DNA from: Klebsiella phage EI
Direction: 5' to 3' (one strand)
Sequence record: MN106245.1
DNA: 64,000 bases
Shown: positions 29,321-38,905 of the stretch, in pieces
How positions within the stretch are numbered: position 1 is the first letter of the stretch
Layout: every line of letters begins with the position of its first letter
The notes under the pieces: generated by a model
Databases searched by the model: none
What the model saw: only the letters and a program-made list of their open reading frames with translations
What the model was told of the DNA's origin: nothing
Made by a program: the position numbers and the translations under genes

Positions 29321-29817
29321 AACTTTTTGATTACCTCAACAATCTCATCACGAGACAAGTTGTTGACGAGAATATGCTTAGGAGCTTTGTCTACCTGGAT
29401 TTTATAGCCGTCGAGTTCAAGGGCCATATCCTCGCTGGTTTTATACAAATGCTTAATACCTAAGCGATTGAACTTGTCAGAAAGAGGATCACAAATAATG
29501 TAGCATTTATGACCATTCAGATGAACATTAGGCTGGGTGATATTGATTTTCACTTCAGCCCAGTACTTAGTCAACTGATTTTCAAGAAATGAATGCATTT
29601 CTTCTACTGCGGCCGGCATTGCTTCTCGGCGTTCTTCGGCTTGCTTAGTTGAATACTGTTTTTGCTTAAACTTAGTAGCCAGTTTTCGACCCATGGTAAC
29701 GCGCAAGTCCGTAATGAATCCAAGTTTCTTTTGGCCTTTATAAACATAGATCCCGTCATGAGAAGTACCTTCGAAGTGAGCAACAACGTCATCATTAGAA
29801 ATGGTTTGTAGGTTCAT
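29308..29817 (-). CDS. alc: Alc-like protein (host transcription shutoff), by position
   Basis: 169 aa against 167 in T4 Alc, located between rnlA and the spanins as in T4. An early promoter lies upstream. Confidence 0.5.
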   Translation of the reverse strand: MNLQTISNDDVVAHFEGTSHDGIYVYKGQKKLGFITDLRVTMGRKLATKFKQKQYSTKQAEERREAMPAAVEEMHSFLENQLTKYWAEVKINITQPNVHLNGHKCYIICDPLSDKFNRLGIKHLYKTSEDMALELDGYKIQVDKAPKHILVNNLSRDEIVEVIKKLCLN

Positions 29818-29846
29818 TTTGGTTCCTCGTTTGTTGGTATATGGGT

Positions 29847-29876
29847 ATCATAACACGAACAAACGAGGTTGTAAAC
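29847..29876 (-). promoter_or_regulatory. T4-type early promoter (GTTTAC-N18-TATGAT)
   Basis: The minus strand reads GTTTACaacctcgtttgttcgtgtTATGATaccc, followed by the conserved ...ACCAACAAACGAGG tail. Confidence 0.55.
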
Positions 29877-31060
29877 TACTCTTCAACCATTTTGATTTCT
29901 TTACTATAAAGAGCAGGCACGTATTTGGGCCAGACCTTCAAGAAGGCCTTTTCAATACCTTTAACAATAGCTTCAGAGCTCATAGTACCTGAGTACATCT
30001 GCATCATAAGGCTGAACAGTTCAGGCTTACCATTTTTTGTGGCTGTTTCCTGGCCTTTGATGGCATAGTCTTTACGGTCTCGCCCGCGCATGGCGTCGTA
30101 GTAACCTTGGACTTCTAGCAGTGCACTAGACAAATACTGGATATACTCGCTTTCAAACGCTGCAATTTTAGAGACAGCATAAGTATCACCATCAAACATG
30201 GCGCGAAGGTCATCAGCGGCACCACCTACGATTGCTTCATACAGACGTTCATTAGAAGTAATCGAGTCTTTAGTATGGTGAAGCAGACAGTACCAATCAG
30301 TTTTAAGCTTGAACCACTGGCCGCTTTCAAGAACAGCAATGTAGCCTTCAATGCCTTCTGCTTTGCGAGTTTCTTTGACCCAGGCTTCACCGTCATCAAT
30401 TACGTGAGAAGGAATTAGATACTGGCGCAGAACAGCATCGGCATAAAGGTCAGCATAAGGAACATACTCGCCGGTATCGTTATGACGCACGTTCAGCAGG
30501 AAGATAGTTGGCTCTTCATAATATAAAACAACACGGTTGTTTGGGGCTGCGTATTCTAAGTTAAACGTATAGCCTTTAGGCGCCAGTTCTTCCATCTTAA
30601 GATACAAAGGAAGGTACTTATCTTGGTACAGAAGACGTTCGGCAGCAAAAGCCTGCTCTGAAGTAGTAGAAGTTTTAGATTTCACAAGAACTTTATCGCC
30701 TTCGCAATAAGTCGAAATCAAAGAACCATCGGCCTTATCCATAACGTATTGGATTTTAGAAAGATCTAAGTTCATCGTCAATGGATTTTCGTTCAGATTA
30801 AAGAACTTTTCCATAGGGCGAGAGGCAATGCGGACAGGGCCGTTGTCGTCCATCTCGAACATAATGCCACGGGCTTCCAGAGCGCCGTCTAAGAGCCAAT
30901 CACTGTACGAGGCATAGTGATAGCTGAAGATACGGAACTTAGTCCCGTAGCGTCCCGTAACATCTTTATAAAAGAACTTAGAGGCTTCAGTCTTATCGCA
31001 GACCGCCATGAGATTATCGTATAATTCGATCATTTCTTTATCCTGTGTTGGGTGTTCCAA
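29876..31060 (-). CDS. rnlA: RNA ligase 1
   Basis: Collinear with T4 Rnl1 (RIFSYHYASYSDWLL.ALE.RGIMFEMD, RIASRPMEKFFNLNENP, KADGSLISTY with the ligase lysine, EGYIAV). Confidence 0.9.
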   Translation of the reverse strand: MEHPTQDKEMIELYDNLMAVCDKTEASKFFYKDVTGRYGTKFRIFSYHYASYSDWLLDGALEARGIMFEMDDNGPVRIASRPMEKFFNLNENPLTMNLDLSKIQYVMDKADGSLISTYCEGDKVLVKSKTSTTSEQAFAAERLLYQDKYLPLYLKMEELAPKGYTFNLEYAAPNNRVVLYYEEPTIFLLNVRHNDTGEYVPYADLYADAVLRQYLIPSHVIDDGEAWVKETRKAEGIEGYIAVLESGQWFKLKTDWYCLLHHTKDSITSNERLYEAIVGGAADDLRAMFDGDTYAVSKIAAFESEYIQYLSSALLEVQGYYDAMRGRDRKDYAIKGQETATKNGKPELFSLMMQMYSGTMSSEAIVKGIEKAFLKVWPKYVPALYSKEIKMVEE

Positions 31061-31446
31061 GGTGGATTGAACTTTTTGATGAACATAGGTTCCTCAAGAT
31101 CCATAGTCGAAATCGACATCTCACCAAGTTCATTGTTAATGAGTAGGTTGAAACACTGACGTGCATAGAATTCAACCTTCTTACCGGATATTAACGCGTC
31201 AAAAATTTTAGCAGATTTGACAGAATCTGAGTTCGTGTCTCGTCTGTTAATCGATGTCCGGTAGTAATTGATACGTTTGCGAAGATTCTTAGTTTTACCT
31301 ATGTAGACTAGTTCATCATCGACCGCTATGGCGTATACTACATTAAATTTGTTTGGTACCTCCAGCTGCTTTATAGTACAGTCTGATTCATCTAGTTCTA
31401 GACTAACATACTTAATGAAGCTAAATTCATCTGCGATTTCTTTCAT
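31030..31446 (-). CDS. denA: Endonuclease II (GIY-YIG)
   Basis: 138 aa with VYAIAVDDELVYIGKTKNLRKRINYY (GIY-YIG), in the T4 denA position. Confidence 0.8.
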   Translation of the reverse strand: MKEIADEFSFIKYVSLELDESDCTIKQLEVPNKFNVVYAIAVDDELVYIGKTKNLRKRINYYRTSINRRDTNSDSVKSAKIFDALISGKKVEFYARQCFNLLINNELGEMSISTMDLEEPMFIKKFNPPWNTQHRIKK

Positions 31447-31453
31447 ATAACAA

Positions 31454-31469
31454 AGGGGCCGAAGCCCCT
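31454..31469 (-). terminator. C(UUCG)G tetraloop hairpin after nrdB
   Basis: aGGGGCcgaaGCCCCt. Confidence 0.6.
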
Positions 31470-31473
31470 ATCC

Positions 31474-31976
31474 TTATAAAGATTTGCGAATTCTGGCCAG
31501 TACTTCAGAATCCACATCGTTATCGATTTGGGCTACAAGATAAGAAGAGATTTCTACTTCTTGTGGGGCAGATTGTACTGTATCACTATTTAAGTATTCG
31601 CGAATCCATGGAATAGGATGGTGAGTACTTTCAAGAATGATAGAGCACGGCAGCCCGACAGCCTTCATACGAGAAACAGTAAGATAATCAATAAACTTGT
31701 GTAAGATCTCAACATTAAGCCCTGGAAGACCGCCAGCACGGAAAAGATGGATGGCCCAGTCTTTTTCCTGCTGATTAACTTCCATGAAGATACGAACAGC
31801 TTCTTCTTCGCATTCTTTTGCTACTTGGACCCATTCGTCGCCATCAGTACCAAGTTGCCATTGACGAATCTGGTACTGGGTTCCTTTAAGATGGAGCTGT
31901 TCATCACGAGCGATGAACTTCATAATCTTAGCATTGCCTTCCATGATTTCCATATTCTTATGGAAATTGAATGTAC
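31474..31976 (-). CDS. nrdB: Ribonucleotide reductase small subunit NrdB, exon 2
   Basis: Joins to exon 1 to give ...[35 protein letters not shown]... (compare E. coli ...FACSFAFAERELMEGNAKI...). The intron ends in G before GTACATTC. Confidence 0.8.
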
Positions 31977-33066
31977 CGTTATGTTCGATTGAGCTCGCTA
32001 ATTCTCAACCCGTTCTCTTATGAACTGCTGCATATTACTATGCAGACCAGACTATATCACAATCCCGGAGGGATTCTCCCCATTTCGAGTCGCTTGACCC
32101 TACGTCCGAAGACTAGTCGTTGAACCTTGTTTTGCAATTGTCGCCGTGCCATCGTTTATATGTTGATGGTGATAAATCTTTCTTATCACAGTATGGACAA
32201 TTCAATTGAATTCTATTTGGATTTAATTTACATCTGTCATTATGTTTTAGATAAAACCCAGGACCTTTACCAATGTGACCACAAAAATCACATGTGATTT
32301 CTTTTTGTGCAGGATGGGTCCAGTTCTTAACCATTTCTAATGTTTTTGCTGATGTTCTTTTCTTATGGTCTTCTGATAAGAAATGATGTGAACCGTCATT
32401 TACCCGTTTTGATTGGGTTTCTGACTGCATTTTACCACCGCAAAATACATGGGTACCTTCTTTTATAGCTGCAATATTACGTTCTTTAACTTTTGCAATA
32501 TGCTCAGCTTGTTGAAAATTATGTATACCTAATGCAACTCTATTTAAATTAGATTTACGCTGTATTTCACCATCTAAAAGATGAAATGTACCATTTTCTA
32601 TCTTAGATTTAATAGAGGCAATATTTTTAGCTCGTACTTCAGGGATATTAAAAATCTGAATTTCTCTAGATTTTGCGGCTTTAGAAGCTAATTCAGAAAT
32701 TTCTTCAGGAGAATATTTCATTCTAAGCTTTATAGCATGACAAGCCTGGTAATCTTTTTGAGCTAAATGTATATCATAATGTTCCTGTATAGAAAGGCAC
32801 ATCAAATTATCTAAATCATTATTTTCACGGTTACCGTCTTTATGATGGATTTCGTATGTTCTTCCATCAGAATCTTTAGGTATAGGTCCGTTAGCATCTA
32901 TCCAAATTTTTCTATAGTTTCAATTGTGCATCCTCTTAAAAGCATAATCATTTTATATTATACTAATTAAAGGTGCAAGCAAAACCTTGGCTGCTAGTTT
33001 TCCATAAAGGACTTTCCAGCAATTAAAGGAGTTTTCGATAAACGTTACCGTTTAAAGGCGCATTTT
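31977..33066 (-). other. Group I self-splicing intron in nrdB (~1090 nt) carrying an HNH homing-endonuclease ORF
   Basis: The reading frame breaks at an exon-terminal U. The 5' end reads TAAAATGCGCCTTTAAACGGTAACG... The 3' region (31985..32110) shares structured core/3'-end motifs with the td intron. The last nucleotide is G. Confidence 0.8.
32113..32931 (-). pseudogene. I-TevIII-like HNH homing endonuclease (intron ORF) with an in-frame TGA at codon 4
   Basis: Frame reads ATG CAC AAT TGA then NYRKIWIDANGPIPKDSDGRTYEIHHKDGNRENNDLDNL(M)CLSIQEHYDIH..., ending in two Cys4 fingers. The ORF-track ORF (32113..32805) starts only after the HNH His-His. Confidence 0.6.
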
Positions 33067-33706
33067 ACGCAAAAGATACATAAAAACGAATAGCTTCAAG
33101 AGCGTTCACTACATGCATGCAAAGGTACATTGCCTTCATCAGGTCATGCTTGGCTTGTTTAATCTCAATATTATCCGGATTAAAGCAACGTTCTTGAGCA
33201 TTCTGGTACCGACGATGGGCTTCAGTAACCGCATCATAGTAAACACCGATTGATTCAGCCCGTTTCATGATGGCTTTGTCGAGAACAATTTCGTCGAAGA
33301 CCTTAGCCGGATCAGTGAATAAGTTACGCATAATATGCGTATAAGAACGAGAGTGAATTGTTTCACTGAATGTCCAGGTCTGGAACCAAGTATCAAGGCT
33401 CGGATCAGAAATCAACGGGGCAAATACTGCTGAAGGGGCACGGCCTTGAATCGAATCGAGAAGACTTTGATACTTCAGGTTATCTGTAAACAGGTTCTGT
33501 TGGTGCTCTGGCAGCTTTTCAAATTGCCCACGGTCCATCATTAGGTTGACTTCTTCCGGACGCCAAAAGAATGACAGCTGCTTTTCAATAAGGTCTTCAA
33601 AAACTTTATGTCGCTGCTGATCATATCGTGCAATGCCTAGTCCTGAACCAAGGAACATCGGTTCGGTCATGATATCTACTTGCTTGGTGTTAAAAACTGT
33701 TGTCAT
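33067..33706 (-). CDS. nrdB: Ribonucleotide reductase small subunit NrdB, exon 1
   Basis: N-terminal di-iron R2 region (…FWRPEEV…, TFSETIHSRSYTHI…, AIRFYVSFA). Its 'stop' TAA is the intron start. Confidence 0.85.
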
Positions 33707-33874
33707 TTAGAATCCTTGAATTTGCATTTATCATAATGCCAACGAAGAGCATTACCTTGTTAACTTTTTACCACAGTGAGGGCCTGGTGGGTACTCAGCA
33801 GACGATGAAGAGAGGCGTAAAGCCTCTCCACTAAGCTATCATATATTTTTTTGATAATTCGTGCAAGTACTATA

Positions 33875-36130
33875 CTACAACTTACAGGACGAACATTCTT
33901 CTGCTGAAGGCTGTTCAATTTCGTAATCATCTGTACCGGACCCATCACGAGTATTATGGTAATAAGCAGTCTTACCACCAAGAGACCAAAAATACAGCAT
34001 ATCACGAATCATCACAGACATAGGAACCTTGCCTTTAGGGAACACCGCCGGGTCGTAACTAAAGTTGGTAGAAATACTTTGACAAACAAACTTCTGCATA
34101 ATAGCCGCTTGCGTCAAGTAACCTCTCATACCACGTTTGGTCATACGCCACAGATAATCGTATAAATCGATGTTGTGTTCGATATTCGGCACGACCTGAT
34201 TAAATGAACCTTCTTTAGATTCTTTAACACTTACCGGCCCGCGCGGAGGCTCAATACCGTTAGTAGAGTTGGATACCTGGCTAGATGATTCGCATGGCAT
34301 TAGTGCAGAAAGGGTGCTGTTACGAATACCGTACTTAACCAAGTCTTCCCGCAACGACGCCCAGTCACAAACATAGTTCGGCGCCACAACGGTGTCAACG
34401 CGTTTGTTGTACCAGTCAATCGGCAGTTCGCCGCGGGACCAGCGAGTTTCTTCGAAATAATCGCAGCGACCTTTTTCTTTGGCCAGTTTAACTGATGCCG
34501 TAATAAGTCCGAATTGAAGCCGTTCAAATAGTTCATGGGTTAAATCATTAGCATCATCATAAGTAGCAAAGTTAGAAGCAAGGAATCCGGCATAGTTCGT
34601 TACACCAATACCTAATGCACGACGCTTTTTAGCTTTCAGAGCCTGATGAACAGGATAACTCTGGTAATCTAAAAGATTGTCAAGTGCACGAACCATGATT
34701 TCAGCTAGAGTATTCACTTCATCTTGGTCTTGATAATCAAAGCTATCCAATACAAATGCGGCTAGAGTACACAAGGAGATTTCTGGGTCATCGCCGCCAA
34801 CGTCCTTAGTAGGCAATGCAATTTCACAGCAAAGGTTGCTCTGCTTAACAGGAGCAATCTCAGGGATAAATGGGCCGTGTTTATTAACGTTATCGTTAAA
34901 GAATGGGTAGATCCTTGCTGTACCAGCACGTTCTGTAAAGAACAGTTCCCACAGTTCAAGAGCCTTGATGCGTTTCTTACGAATTGCTGGGTTCTTTTCT
35001 AATGACTCGTACAGTTGTTTGAATTTTTCTGGGTCGCCGAAGTAAGAAGTGTACAATTCGCCATTTGCAACATCTGGGCTGAACAAAGTAATGTAATCAT
35101 CATTCAGAAGACGTTCAATCATCAGGTCACCGATCTGAAGGCCGTAGTCCATATGACGAATGCGGTTCTCATCGATACCTTTATTGTTTTTCAGAACAAG
35201 TAGGTTTTCAACTTCTAAGTGCCACATCGGATAGTACATAGTAGCCGCGCCACCACGGACACCGCCTTGAGAACAGGATTTCACTGCAGTCTGGAAGTGT
35301 TTCCAGAACGGAATAACACCAGTGTGTTTTACTTCACCTGCGCCGATCTTAGAACCTTCAGCACGAATCATACCACCGTTGATGCCAATACCAGCACGTT
35401 TAGAAATATACTTGATGATTGAGTTAGCGGCTTCATTAATGCTATCTAAAGAATCGCCTGCTTCAATAACCACGCAAGAACTAAACTGCCGTGTCGGAGT
35501 ACGAACACCTGCCATAATCGGAGTTGGTAAAGAAATCTGACGCTTACTTACTGCATGGTAGAAACGAACAACGTGCAGCAAACGATCAGTAGGTTCATCT
35601 TGGTGCAGACACATACCAATCAGCATAAAGGCAAACTGAGGCGTTTCGTAGATTACACCTGTACTACGGTTCTTAACGAGATATTTCTCTTTAAGCTGCA
35701 TAGTCCCTGCATAAGTCAGTTCGAAATCTCGGTTGTGGTCGATAATGGTGTCAAGATAACCGATCTCTTCTGCTGAGTACTTAGACAAGATTTCCGAGTC
35801 GTATAGACCTTCGTTAACAACACGAGTGATATGATCAATGAACGCGGGAGGCTCGAACTGACCGTATACGTCTTTGCGGAGCGCAAACATAGCCAGATTA
35901 GAAGCAACATATTGATAGTCCGGTTCATTAATAGAGATACTGTTAGCAGCAACTTTAACACAGGCGATTTGGATATCGCGAGTACTCATGTTGTCAACAA
36001 TATAAGGCTTAATGCGATCGTACAATTCGTACGGGTCTACTGAGGTATTAGCTGTAGCCCAAGTAAGAACTTGGATAATTTTATTTGGAGTGAAAACTTG
36101 GCTGCAGCCACTGGATTTTACTACGTTCAT
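33875..36130 (-). CDS. nrdA: Ribonucleotide reductase large subunit NrdA (class Ia)
   Basis: 751 aa with an ATP-cone N-terminus and RNR catalytic motifs (SNLCCEI, C-terminal ..CSSCKL Cys pair). Confidence 0.95.
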   Translation of the reverse strand: MNVVKSSGCSQVFTPNKIIQVLTWATANTSVDPYELYDRIKPYIVDNMSTRDIQIACVKVAANSISINEPDYQYVASNLAMFALRKDVYGQFEPPAFIDHITRVVNEGLYDSEILSKYSAEEIGYLDTIIDHNRDFELTYAGTMQLKEKYLVKNRSTGVIYETPQFAFMLIGMCLHQDEPTDRLLHVVRFYHAVSKRQISLPTPIMAGVRTPTRQFSSCVVIEAGDSLDSINEAANSIIKYISKRAGIGINGGMIRAEGSKIGAGEVKHTGVIPFWKHFQTAVKSCSQGGVRGGAATMYYPMWHLEVENLLVLKNNKGIDENRIRHMDYGLQIGDLMIERLLNDDYITLFSPDVANGELYTSYFGDPEKFKQLYESLEKNPAIRKKRIKALELWELFFTERAGTARIYPFFNDNVNKHGPFIPEIAPVKQSNLCCEIALPTKDVGGDDPEISLCTLAAFVLDSFDYQDQDEVNTLAEIMVRALDNLLDYQSYPVHQALKAKKRRALGIGVTNYAGFLASNFATYDDANDLTHELFERLQFGLITASVKLAKEKGRCDYFEETRWSRGELPIDWYNKRVDTVVAPNYVCDWASLREDLVKYGIRNSTLSALMPCESSSQVSNSTNGIEPPRGPVSVKESKEGSFNQVVPNIEHNIDLYDYLWRMTKRGMRGYLTQAAIMQKFVCQSISTNFSYDPAVFPKGKVPMSVMIRDMLYFWSLGGKTAYYHNTRDGSGTDDYEIEQPSAEECSSCKL

Positions 36131-36426
36131 AGATCCTCTATAGTGAATTCATCTTTGAATAATTTGTTAACCACCTGAGCAATTATATCACCATGACATG
36201 GCTTAGGTTTACATGTGCATCCTAGACGCATTCCACGTAAAGTCTCAAGATGCTCCTTTTTGATTACTCCGGTTCTGAGTTTATTATAAAACTCTTTCTT
36301 AAATGCAAGAATAGCAGCCTCACGACTGCCAGCATTCTTACCTACCTCGTTCCCCCACATAGTACCTCGATGAATGTTTACATCGAAGTCGGAGTGGTAT
36401 TTATTCACTACACGACAGATCTTCAT
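36127..36426 (-). CDS. Hypothetical Cys/His-motif protein (nrdA.1-like)
   Basis: 99 aa with GCTCKPKPCHGD; ATGA-type coupling to nrdA. Confidence 0.4.
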   Translation of the reverse strand: MKICRVVNKYHSDFDVNIHRGTMWGNEVGKNAGSREAAILAFKKEFYNKLRTGVIKKEHLETLRGMRLGCTCKPKPCHGDIIAQVVNKLFKDEFTIEDL

Positions 36427-36629
36427 GTGATATCAACTTCGAACCAGCAAATTAATTCACTTTTACCAGAGGTCCACTCGTATGATTTAGTAATAGACAG
36501 GACCCTTTGTTCTATTTTATCAAAAACTACCGTGTCATTAATTTCAGGCAACTCAATAGGAGACGTATCAAACATTTCGCCTAATATAGTTTTAGATTGG
36601 TGCCTATTACGGACAAATCTGATATTCAT
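36423..36629 (-). CDS. Hypothetical protein
   Basis: 68-aa ORF in the coupled small-gene chain downstream of td. Confidence 0.35.
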   Translation of the reverse strand: MNIRFVRNRHQSKTILGEMFDTSPIELPEINDTVVFDKIEQRVLSITKSYEWTSGKSELICWFEVDIT

Positions 36630-36732
36630 TCACAGACCCTTAATGCAGCTTCTAGAACTTCTATTAAAGAACGAGCATGGTCTTTATTGATTTCAAAACC
36701 AAGCCCGGGAGTATTCATCTTAAGACGAATCC

Positions 36733-36849
36733 TATTACAATAGTTTAGGATAAACCACTGCTTGGATTTTCTCCCAGTGGTTATCTGTAACGAATTCTAT
36801 CTTAACCTGGTGAAGCTTATCACCAGTGTTAGTGTCTTTTCGTTTAATC
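36733..36849 (-). CDS. Small hypothetical protein (38 aa) translationally coupled to td
   Basis: Its ATG overlaps the td stop (ATGA). MIKRKDTNTGDKLHQVKIEFVTDNHWEKIQAVVYPKLL. Confidence 0.3.
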
Positions 36850-37159
36850 ATACTGCCATCTTAGCTGTGATAGCTGGGTGACTTTTGTACCCTTGAAGTT
36901 TGAAGTCTTTATGAGACATAGATGTAGTGACCCAATCCAATTGAGTCTCTGTCGGCCAGTTTTCAAAATTACTAGGCCAGGTAATTTCTAAGTTACAAAG
37001 TTCTTTAGGTTCACGTCTCAGAACTTCTTCGCACTGTTCCATATGGTTCATATAGATGTGCGTATTGCCGCCTGAGAACACGAGGTCGCCTGGAATAAGA
37101 TTACACATCTTAGCAACAATATGCACAAGAGCGGCGTACGACGCAATATTAAACGGTAG
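36848..37159 (-). CDS. td: Thymidylate synthase, exon 2
   Basis: Begins LPFNIASYAALVHIVAK... exactly as T4 td exon 2. Exon 1 plus exon 2 gives 286 aa, the T4 TS length. Confidence 0.9.
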   Translation of the reverse strand, partial: LPFNIASYAALVHIVAKMCNLIPGDLVFSGGNTHIYMNHMEQCEEVLRREPKELCNLEITWPSNFENWPTETQLDWVTTSMSHKDFKLQGYKSHPAITAKMAV

Positions 37160-37474
37160 CATTATGTTCAGATAAGGTCGTTAATCTTATCCCGGAATTA
37201 TATCCAGCTGCATGTCGCCATGCAGAGCAGACTATATCTCCAACTTCTTAAAGCGAAGTTGTCTATCGTTTCGAGTCACTTGACCCTACTCCCTAAAGGG
37301 ATAGTCGTTAGGCATTTATGTAAAACCGATTCCACTTTTCATAAACACCTCTTTAAAATATAGAAGTACTTATTAAATGGAGGTCCTACAATTTAGCACG
37401 GGATTGTCTACTAGAGAGGTTCCCCGTTTAGATAGATTACAAGTATAAGTCACCTTATACCCAGGCCTAAATTA
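37160..37474 (-). other. Group I intron in td, ORF-less (315 nt)
   Basis: The 5' end TAATTTAGGCCTGGGTATAAGGTGACTTATACTTGTAATCTATCTAAACGGGGAACCTCTCTAGTAGACAATCCCGTGCTAAATTGTAGGAC is nearly identical to the T4 td intron. The 3' end reads ...GAACATAATG then CTACCG. There is no I-TevI ORF. Confidence 0.85.
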
Positions 37475-38023
37475 ACCTAAGAACACGTCAACAGAACGTT
37501 GATACCACTGTAAGTCGAGGTACCCATTACGAACGTTGAATTGATAAAAACAGTGGCATGGTGGAAGCGCCATCTTATCGATTTCAGCCGGGTTCCAAGC
37601 AGAAACAATTTGCCGACGATCTGTAGGCATCTGTTTAATACGATTAATGACTAATTTCAACTGGTCAATACCGCCAAAATCACGCCATTGCTTGCCATAA
37701 ACAGGGCCTAAAGCACCGTCCATATAACCTAGTTGACGGGCTTGAGTCTCGTAGTTCTCGTCCCAAATAGTTTTGCCTTCGTCTCGAGAGCCATGAGTAC
37801 GTTCACGAAGATCGTCAACATTAGTAGAGCCTGACAAGAACCAAAGCAGCTCAGAGATACAAGCTTTCCAGGCCAGTTTTTTAGTTGTTACTGCCGGGAA
37901 CCCACGAGTTAAATCAAATCGAATCTTCGTGCCGAAGACGGCGCGTGTTCCAGTTCCGGTACGGTCATCAGTGTCATAGCCGTCAGTAAGAATGTGTTTA
38001 ATTAGATCTTGGTATTGTTTCAT
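37475..38023 (-). CDS. td: Thymidylate synthase, exon 1
   Basis: Ends ...QRSVDVFLG followed by the TAA that opens the intron, as in T4. Confidence 0.9.
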
Positions 38024-38234
38024 TAGTCCATCCAGGAATAAGAAGATTCATAACGAGGATATTTTGGTTTATATCCTAGCTTAATCATTTGTTTTGCTTT
38101 TTTAGTGAACCCTAGAGAACGCTCACCTTTATCTTGTTGACGTGGAGTCATCGGCCCCTTGATGCATCTGCCGACAAATAAAAAGTACCATTGCATTAGG
38201 TACATCTTTAACTTTAAGTTTATTGCTCATTATT

Positions 38235-38600
38235 CTACTCTGCGCATGGTTTAAAATTAATTTCTGAGCCCTGTTTAACGAACCGTCCGGTAATAGAGAA
38301 CTTAGACCCATTATACGGCAGAATTCCATTAGCAATTAATACCAGAGTGAATCTGGTATTCATAAGAACAGAAATAACTACATTAGGCGCCAGCCTGACA
38401 CGGATACCTTCATCACGGCTCCAAATAGCATTAGGGTCCAGTTCGAAATCAAGCTGATAAAGACCGTGCTCAATTGTATTATATTTGCCAGGGTTACGTT
38501 TATATTGCTCTATGGTAGGAGCATTACCTTCAATAACCAAGGCCCAGTTCTTTTGGACCTTATCAGCTTCAAGTAAAGTCAGTTTCATATGATTTCTCAT
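38235..38600 (-). CDS. Hypothetical protein, paralog A (C-terminal ...SITGRFVKQGSE)
   Basis: 121 aa; shares its C-terminal motif with the ORF at 38621..38905. Confidence 0.45.
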   Translation of the reverse strand: MRNHMKLTLLEADKVQKNWALVIEGNAPTIEQYKRNPGKYNTIEHGLYQLDFELDPNAIWSRDEGIRVRLAPNVVISVLMNTRFTLVLIANGILPYNGSKFSITGRFVKQGSEINFKPCAE

Positions 38601-38620
38601 GTTCAGGAGAAAAATACAGC

Positions 38621-38905
38621 TTAGAAGCCGTGTTTAACAAATCTACCGTAGATAGATGCTTCACCGTTTTTAACTTCAATGTTTTTAAGCTCGACTGCTT
38701 TAAGCCACTGCTCAATTTTGTAAGTTAGGGTAAATGACGGGGCCCCTTTGATTTGCCGAACAGTTGTTTCTGTTCCGTATGCAGAAGAAAGCTCTTCTAG
38801 AGGAACTTTAAGTTTATAGATGCCATGCTTCATATTAAAGCGTTGCCACTTTTTCTGAATAACATCTTCTTTAACTAGAAAAATTTTAGCCACGGAATTC
38901 ACCAT
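38621..38905 (-). CDS. Hypothetical protein, paralog B (C-terminal ...SIYGRFVKHGF)
   Basis: 94 aa; overlaps the frd stop. Confidence 0.45.
   Translation of the reverse strand: MVNSVAKIFLVKEDVIQKKWQRFNMKHGIYKLKVPLEELSSAYGTETTVRQIKGAPSFTLTYKIEQWLKAVELKNIEVKNGEASIYGRFVKHGF

Noticed and set aside
33760-34005. 81-aa ORF spanning the nrdB-nrdA junction.
   Set aside because: It overlaps the nrdA 3' end in another frame and has no independent support.
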